54,783 nucleotides of DNA, taken from IMG/VR virus record IMGVR_UViG_3300025844_000001; one strand, written 5' to 3'. Below, piece by piece: positions 50,060 to 54,783 of the stretch; positions within the stretch are counted from its first letter, which is position 1; each line of letters starts with the position of its first letter. The position numbers and the translations under genes are program-made. Source of the stretch: an uncultured virus (IMG/VR IMGVR_UViG_3300025844_000001). Taxonomy: Duplodnaviria; Heunggongvirae; Uroviricota; Caudoviricetes; Demerecviridae. The notes under the pieces are model-generated. The model ran no database searches. It saw only the letters and a program-made list of their open reading frames with translations, and had not been told where the DNA came from.

Positions 50060-50266
50060 TTACGGTTTAAATTTCCTTAACCTGCTGGCTTGCGTAAGCA
50101 AGGGCAGGATAGGCCAGAACAAACACAATACACATAAAACGTGGCCGTGGATAGGCTCTGAGGTAAAGAAAGTTTTATCTCTTGACTCCAATAATTGGCC
50201 TGTTAATAAACCAATTAAATAAGCCGCTAACATGTATATAGCAACAAATAATATAAACATTAGCAT
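50060..50266 (-). CDS. Pre-early small membrane protein
   Basis: Two hydrophobic segments, LFWP motif. Confidence 0.65.
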   Translation of the reverse strand: MLMFILFVAIYMLAAYLIGLLTGQLLESRDKTFFTSEPIHGHVLCVLCLFWPILPLLTQASRLRKFKP

Positions 50267-50269
50267 CCC

Positions 50270-50656
50270 CTAAATAATGCGAATTTCAGCGCTTGAATTA
50301 TGCGAATAACCGAGCATTTGCACAATTTGGCCTGCTAGCTGTTTCGGGTGTCTTGCCTTGCCACCGTTCAACACATAAAGGTCGAATAATGTTTTAGGCT
50401 TAACAGGTTTTTGGCGTTCAAGCGTTCGCAAATCGGCGCGGTATGCTTCGCGATAAAGTCGCATTGCTTCGGCGTCTTTGTCTTTGTCGCCCGTTCGCAT
50501 TGGTTCGAAATTTCCAGAACATAAAACGACTTCGGTTTTAATCCTTCCGTTTAATGTTACCCAAGATTTTTTAGGGGGAAAATTGCCCTTAGTACCGTGA
50601 TTTTTACGCAATACGGTAGCTTTTTTCGTTTCTTGGGTTTTAGGTGCCTTTGCCAT
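50270..50656 (-). CDS. Pre-early basic hypothetical protein
   Basis: Likely ATG at 50656 after GGAG; Lys/Arg-rich. Confidence 0.72.
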   Translation of the reverse strand: MAKAPKTQETKKATVLRKNHGTKGNFPPKKSWVTLNGRIKTEVVLCSGNFEPMRTGDKDKDAEAMRLYREAYRADLRTLERQKPVKPKTLFDLYVLNGGKARHPKQLAGQIVQMLGYSHNSSAEIRII

Positions 50657-50782
50657 TTTTAAAATCTCCAATGATTTTAGTTAGTGGTATTGACTAAAAG
50701 TTAGTCAATAATCACACTACTAATAAATAATGTGATTAATGATAACTTTAACTAGGCAAGTGAAACTTTTTTGTTACCAGAT

Positions 50783-50794
50783 TGTTAAAGAACG
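50783..50794 (-). promoter_or_regulatory. boxA-like antitermination element in the pre-early leader
   Basis: Minus strand CGTTCTTTAACA(AT), one mismatch from consensus CGCTCTTTAACA, about 25 nt after the promoter. Confidence 0.6.
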
Positions 50795-50822
50795 TTTAGG
50801 ATGCTGCCTAATCAGTGGAGCT

Positions 50823-50852
50823 ATTATTGCATGGAACCGTTTTTATTGTCAA
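50823..50852 (-). promoter_or_regulatory. Pre-early leftward promoter
   Basis: Minus strand TTGACA-18-AATAAT with extended TG and an A-tract UP element; weaker tandem candidate TAGACG-17-TCTAAT at 50948-50976. Confidence 0.65.
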
Positions 50853-51644
50853 GCTTTTATTTTTTCCTAGTACCTCGCGCTAATCAAAGCCGCTTCACAT
50901 CACAGGGTAAAAATAACATTGAAATGATGTCCCGTTTCAATGAAGCTATTAGACCACGTTTAAAAAATACCGTCTAATAACTAGTTAATATAAGTTATAA
51001 CTAGAATGCATAAGCCTGGGCTAGTTTATAAAAGAAACAGGTGCGAGCGCGTAGCAATAACCATGCCAACATGGTTATATATTAGATATAACTAATATGC
51101 CCGTAAAGGCATCAAAACAGCGATTTAAGCGACTTTAATTTTTTGGTCAGTCGTATATCAAAACAAATAGATTGTTGAATCTGGTGCTATTTGGTACTTA
51201 TCCACAGGGCACTTATCCACAGATAATTTTCCTGGTTTGTAATTTTGTGGATAACTTTCCTAGAATCCAAGGAATCGGCCTATTTGGTAATAGTTATCCA
51301 CAAGGGGCACGTCCAGGCTCTACCAGGTGGGGATAACTTTGTTAAGCATTATTTCAAATAAATTTGACATTTGTAAAACATGCTAGTTATTCACTTATCC
51401 ACAGATTTTTTATGTATAACTAGCAAATTGTGGATAGAAATGGCCTTTTGAGAATGTCAACCCCATTGCTTGTGGATAACTTTGTGGATAAGTCACGCTT
51501 TGGCTGCTGGTGGCATTTTAAAAAGGTTTTGATACTAGGGCTTCAAAAAATAATAGTACCGGCAAATCACGTTATAGCGCGTTCTAGAGCTATATATTAG
51601 ATTTTACTGTTATGGCACGATTCTTGACTTGGCACGATTCTTGT

Positions 51645-51777
51645 TGATAATAGTTCGCAACAAAAACCATGCCAACTTATATTAGTAGAATCTAATGTTA
51701 ATATTAGCAAACTTGCATATAGGTATATTAGCAAAAACGCATATGATAATAGTTCGCAACAAAAACCATGCCAACTT
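51645..51777 (+). repeat. 34-bp direct repeat with 99-bp period
   Basis: TGATAATAGTTCGCAACAAAAACCATGCCAACTT at 51645 and 51744. Confidence 0.9.
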
Positions 51778-51799
51778 GTATTAGCAAACTTGCATATGC

Positions 51800-51864
51800 A
51801 AATGATAATCATTCTCATCCTGGTAGCTCACTGGGTTGAATGCAAATGAGAATCATTCTCATTT
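51800..51864. promoter_or_regulatory. Two Fur-box-like sites
   Basis: AAATGATAATCATTCTCAT (51800) and AAATGAGAATCATTCTCATTT (51844). Confidence 0.75.
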
Positions 51865-51981
51865 CGCCGCGCCGAAAATTTTTTGGCATGATTCTTGCAT
51901 GTGTGGTACTTGTGGATAAGTCTAGACTTATTAACAGGTGAGTTATACATTAAACAAAATAATTTTGTGGATAACTTGGTC

Positions 51982-51998
51982 AATTGGTCTTACCATTG
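51982..51998. promoter_or_regulatory. PdhR-operator-like site
   Basis: AATTGGTCTTACCATTG vs AATTGGTnnnACCAATT. Confidence 0.5.
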
Positions 51999-52251
51999 TC
52001 AAAATGTTGCTGGTGGCCTATAAACCCTGTTGATAATGTATAACCTGTTAATAACCTGTGGATAAAAAAATCATTGAAACAGCCCTTATACATTATCCAC
52101 CGACAGGAAGCCGCCAAAACAGCGATTTAAGCGACTTTTGCAAGAAATAGGTATATTTGCCTAGGCTGGCTGGCTGGGCAGGTTTACCTGCCGGTAACCC
52201 TGGTTGGTTCCTGGTAAGAACAATGTTTTTCATTTTAGACCAAATAAATAG

Positions 52252-52335
52252 TTGATATGATTTATCAGTGTGCTATACTGTCTTTGTCGGGTAAGAAAAT
52301 AATTTCAACCCACTAAGCTAGGATTCAAAATTATG
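52252..52335 (+). promoter_or_regulatory. Rightward pre-early promoter + 50-bp leader (copy 1)
   Basis: TTGATA-16-TATACT with extended TG; leader 52286-52335 identical to 53169-53218. Confidence 0.7.
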
Positions 52336-52512
52336 TTTATTTCAGGCAAGCAAGAAGTCGTTTACATGGTTCAACACAGAACACTGAAAGGTCAGCAGGT
52401 GATTAAATTGCAAACAGACTCGGGGGTAGTTGTTACACTTGAGCGTGACGAATTAGCAGCTATATTTTCACAAATGCAAATGGTGCCATTAACCACTAAA
52501 TCAACTACTTAA
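52333..52512 (+). CDS. Pre-early hypothetical protein (59 aa, not in the ORF track)
   Basis: MFISGKQEVVYMVQHR...TTKSTT; starts at the ATG of the duplicated leader with AGGA RBS. Confidence 0.7.
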   Translation: MFISGKQEVVYMVQHRTLKGQQVIKLQTDSGVVVTLERDELAAIFSQMQMVPLTTKSTT

Positions 52513-52555
52513 CTTGGATAAGGCTAGCCTACGGGCTAGCCTAGAGGTGATAATC

Positions 52556-52702
52556 ATGCTAGTATTAATATTAACTATTTTAGCGGCTTTGTGTGGCGTA
52601 ATCGGTATAGCTCGTTCAATAGGTACAAACGACTTTAAGGCTGGTTGGTCAAAGCTTATGTTTACGTTCATCATGGCAGCACTTTTTGCGGGGGCATTTT
52701 AA
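52556..52702 (+). CDS. Small membrane protein
   Basis: GAGGTG RBS before ATG 52556; two hydrophobic segments. Confidence 0.65.
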   Translation: MLVLILTILAALCGVIGIARSIGTNDFKAGWSKLMFTFIMAALFAGAF

Positions 52703-52830
52703 TGAATTGTTTAATTGATATGGTAGCGTTAAAACTAGGATTATCAGAACGTATGGCTGTTGAGTTACTTAATTGTTGCGGCGTGGTGATTGTTATCGCT
52801 TTGTTGCTTTTCTGGGGGTGTAATGGTTGA
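52702..52830 (+). CDS. Small membrane peptide
   Basis: TAATG coupling; MNCLIDM...VVIVIALLLFWG. Confidence 0.55.
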   Translation: MNCLIDMVALKLGLSERMAVELLNCCGVVIVIALLLFWGCNG

Positions 52831-53041
52831 ACTATACTTACATGGCTGTGATAACGAAATTGATTGTTATTGTAACATTTCGGTAACAAAGCCAGAAGTT
52901 AAAAATTATGAGTTTTGTTATCATTATCGAATTTACGATTTGGAGGATTTAGCGGGTATATTAGCAGATGCTAATAAGTACAATTGTTCACAAAGTGTTA
53001 ATGAAATTGTCAAACTACTAGCATTAGTGGAATTTGAATAA
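52823..53041 (+). CDS. Pre-early hypothetical protein
   Basis: Likely ATG at 52823 after GGGGG; ends LLALVEFE. Confidence 0.6.
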   Translation: MVELYLHGCDNEIDCYCNISVTKPEVKNYEFCYHYRIYDLEDLAGILADANKYNCSQSVNEIVKLLALVEFE

Positions 53042-53067
53042 TAGAAGTTCACTGTTAACGCAAAGCT

Positions 53068-53124
53068 AAATGAGAATGATTCTCATTCGCTGCGCCGATT
53101 TTGGGTTTGGACGTCTAGACGGCT
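53068..53124. promoter_or_regulatory. Fur-box-like site plus two tandem Met boxes
   Basis: AAATGAGAATGATTCTCATT (53068); GGACGTCT-AGACGGCT (53109-53124). Confidence 0.68.
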
Positions 53125-53134
53125 AAAAGATTAC

Positions 53135-53218
53135 TTGCTACCAGTTGTCAGTGTGATATACTTATTTGGTCGGGTAAGAAAATAATTTCAACCCACTAAG
53201 CTAGGATTCAAAATTATG
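53135..53218 (+). promoter_or_regulatory. Rightward pre-early promoter + 50-bp leader (copy 2)
   Basis: TTGCTA-16-TATACT with extended TG; leader identical to copy 1. Confidence 0.7.
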
Positions 53219-53656
53219 AAAAACTCAAACCGCGCTACCCAATCTGTATCTCTTTGTGGTGATAAAATAGACTTTTCAGCCAAATCGTTTCACGATAATA
53301 ATAGAACTATTGTTATCGGCCATTCAGTACAACTAAACACTGGACTAGTTAGATCTATGGCTTCCCCTGCTCCGATTTTCGTATCTACTAAAAGCGTTGC
53401 AATGGATTACTCTAATTCAATTGGTACTTGGCTTACCGAGCAAACACTAGCCAAGGCAAAAACTCGAGTAGGTTACAGCGAAAAAGCTAGAGCAGAATTT
53501 AACCGCGAACAGGTTGCAAACTGCTCAATCGATTATACCGAATGCTATCAGGAAACATTTGACGAGGATATTTTCAACCACCTAGAAGCTGTACAGTATA
53601 ACGAGGATGAAATGGGCGCAGAATGTGAATTGCTAGCATTAGTGGAGTTTGGATAA
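53216..53656 (+). CDS. Pre-early hypothetical protein
   Basis: 146-aa ORF from the duplicated leader; acidic C-terminus ending LLALVEFG. Confidence 0.75.
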   Translation: MKNSNRATQSVSLCGDKIDFSAKSFHDNNRTIVIGHSVQLNTGLVRSMASPAPIFVSTKSVAMDYSNSIGTWLTEQTLAKAKTRVGYSEKARAEFNREQVANCSIDYTECYQETFDEDIFNHLEAVQYNEDEMGAECELLALVEFG

Positions 53657-53853
53657 TGAGCCTATCAAATAAAGAAAAGCGCTATTTATACTTGCTGCAA
53701 CAATACGAATTTGCTTGCAGCAAGCTAGCCAGCATATTAGATGAAAAATCTGATATTGAAAAGCGCATCACTAGACAACGTGCCAACGTAGATCACGCCC
53801 GAAATAAATTAGGGCGTGCTAATTTACCTAAACTTAAGGAGCTTTTAAAATGA
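53656..53853 (+). CDS. Pre-early hypothetical coiled-coil protein
   Basis: GGAG RBS, TAATG coupling. Confidence 0.7.
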   Translation: MSLSNKEKRYLYLLQQYEFACSKLASILDEKSDIEKRITRQRANVDHARNKLGRANLPKLKELLK

Positions 53854-54140
53854 GCTATTCTAATAACGCACGACTAGGAAGTATTAAAAATTCTAGTGTT
53901 GAAAAATTAACTATCTTAGATATAAATTTGGGTATGTTTTTATGCGCGTACCCTAGGGATAAATGGCATGATTTACTTCTAGAATCTACTATAGAGCTAG
54001 ACAATATAGAGGCCGAATCTTATTGTGAAGTAGCACAATTTACAGTACAGGACTTTAAGAAATTAGCCCCAATAGGCTATGGTATATTAGAAGAAATGAA
54101 TATACTAGAAGGAGTAGACAGAATTTATTTCCAGTGTTAG
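53850..54140 (+). CDS. Pre-early hypothetical protein
   Basis: AAGGAG RBS, ATGA overlap. Confidence 0.7.
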   Translation: MSYSNNARLGSIKNSSVEKLTILDINLGMFLCAYPRDKWHDLLLESTIELDNIEAESYCEVAQFTVQDFKKLAPIGYGILEEMNILEGVDRIYFQC

Positions 54141-54149
54141 CATAAAGTC

Positions 54150-54204
54150 AAATGAGAACTATTCTCATTCACCGCGTCGAAAAATAGTTGGCATGATTCT
54201 TGCA
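54150..54204. promoter_or_regulatory. Fur-box-like site followed by a sigma54-like element
   Basis: AAATGAGAACTATTCTCATT (54150) then TGGCATGATTCTTGCA (54189); same module as 51844-51899. Confidence 0.68.
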
Positions 54205-54366
54205 TAGGACTACACGCTTGCGCGTGTAGTTCGCCGTTTACACGCTATAACAGGTAAATCTAATATAATCCCTCCAGGCTATAGAATCTAGTACCACCTA
54301 ATATATAGCCCATCCCTGAAAGCAACTTACAGAGCCATTTAGACCCCTTAAAATGGACGTTTACAC

Positions 54367-54503
54367 TTATCCACATGTTACTACCACTGTATAAACATAC
54401 AGTGGTATAACCCTGTTAATAAGTTGTGGATAACTCGTTAGGTTGCTTTACAGGGATTATGCAATTAACGTGCCATGTGGATAATGTATAACAGTGTGGA
54501 TAA
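54367..54503. promoter_or_regulatory. DnaA-box cluster 2 with an embedded sigma54 element
   Basis: Perfect boxes at 54367, 54425, 54476, 54495; TGGCACGTTAATTGCA on minus strand at 54460-54475. Confidence 0.82.
54387..54402. promoter_or_regulatory. LexA (SOS) box
   Basis: CTGTATAAACATACAG = CTGT-N8-ACAG, inside the longer palindrome TACCACTGTAT-AAAC-ATACAGTGGTA. Confidence 0.72.
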
Positions 54504-54517
54504 CTTTGTATAACTTA

Positions 54518-54575
54518 GTTGACGTTTACGTAAAGGTAAACATTAGAAAAAACGCATATTGACGTTTACGTAAAC
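54518..54575. promoter_or_regulatory. Two LiuR-operator-like sites
   Basis: GTTGACGTTTACGTAAAG (54518) and ATTGACGTTTACGTAAAC (54558) vs GTTTACGTwwACGTAAAC. Confidence 0.65.
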
Positions 54576-54590
54576 TGCTAATCGTAATCG

Positions 54591-54638
54591 AAATGAGAAT
54601 GATTCGCATTCAAGGTGGGAATGAGAATGATTCGTATT
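54591..54638. promoter_or_regulatory. Two Fur-box-like sites
   Basis: AAATGAGAATGATTCGCATT (54591), AATGAGAATGATTCGTATT (54620). Confidence 0.62.
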
Positions 54639-54647
54639 CAACTTTGC

Positions 54648-54727
54648 GGACGTCTAGACGTCTAGATGGCCAGATGGCTGGACGTCCAGATGGCTAGACG
54701 GCTAGAAGTCTGGATGGCTAGACGTCC
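54648..54727. promoter_or_regulatory. Array of ten contiguous Met boxes (MetJ operator-like)
   Basis: GGACGTCT AGACGTCT AGATGGCC AGATGGCT GGACGTCC AGATGGCT AGACGGCT AGAAGTCT GGATGGCT AGACGTCC in exact 8-bp register. Confidence 0.8.
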
Positions 54728-54783
54728 AGCGTGAATGCACTAAGGCGGTGAGCGCAGCTCGGCGCTTTAGTGCGAAACCGATA

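Larger units (their letters stand above)
51054..51899. promoter_or_regulatory. Sigma54 -24/-12-like elements (several)
   Basis: TGGCATGGTTATTGC (51054-68, minus), TGGCACGATTCTTG (51613, 51630), TGGCATGATTCTTGCA (51884). Confidence 0.65.
51198..52101. promoter_or_regulatory. DnaA-box cluster 1 (10 perfect TTATCCACA/TGTGGATAA plus near matches)
   Basis: Perfect boxes at 51198, 51213, 51246, 51294, 51395, 51471, 51483, 51911, 51966, 52057. Confidence 0.88.

Noticed and set aside
50771..50789. ArcA-like GTTA-N7-GTTA site
   Set aside because: Overlaps and is better explained by the boxA element; too degenerate alone
51597..51818. 73-aa minus-strand ORF
   Set aside because: It is a translation of the 99-bp-period repeat and operator motifs, with no RBS
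51198..52101. Bacterial oriC / host contamination
   Set aside because: No dnaA, gidA or mioC context and no GATC-rich 13-mers; flanked by phage pre-early genes
54295..54311. Possible NrdR box
   Set aside because: Weak single match; NrdR boxes normally occur as tandem pairs
54730..54783. Possible SlmA-binding sites (GTGAGCGC..., also 51820-51833)
   Set aside because: Only 7-8 of 12 positions match the consensus, and the region is truncated by the window end
1..54783. tRNA genes, integrase, anti-CRISPR or DGR elements
   Set aside because: None recognisable in this window; the small pre-early ORFs cannot be assigned from sequence alone

Overview
A 54.8-kb segment of a T5-like (Demerecviridae-type) lytic siphophage. 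The host is probably a non-enteric gammaproteobacterium (Shewanella/Vibrio/Alteromonadales-like; inferred from parS and LiuR-type sites). Positions 1-15.9 kb (+) hold the early replication/recombination module: helicase, primase, family A DNA polymerase, D10 helicase split by a group I intron carrying an endonuclease ORF, D11, D12/D13, D14, D15 and dUTPase. Positions 15.9-45.6 kb (-) hold the complete late morphogenesis module: tail fibres, tail tip, tape measure, tail tube, capsid, protease, portal, HNH nuclease and terminases, plus reshuffled pb10-like decoration proteins; there is no pb5/llp cassette after terS. From about 46 kb to the end lies the terminal-repeat / first-step-transfer (pre-early) region with dmp, A1, A2 and small ORFs. 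The most striking signal is that the non-coding DNA of this pre-early region is a dense mosaic of near-consensus binding sites for many different host DNA-binding proteins: DnaA, Fur, MetJ (10 tandem Met boxes), sigma54, LexA, LiuR, PdhR and ParB (two perfect parS), plus a boxA. This suggests a host-regulator decoy or docking array on the first-injected DNA. All family and motif assignments are by recognition, without database searches.
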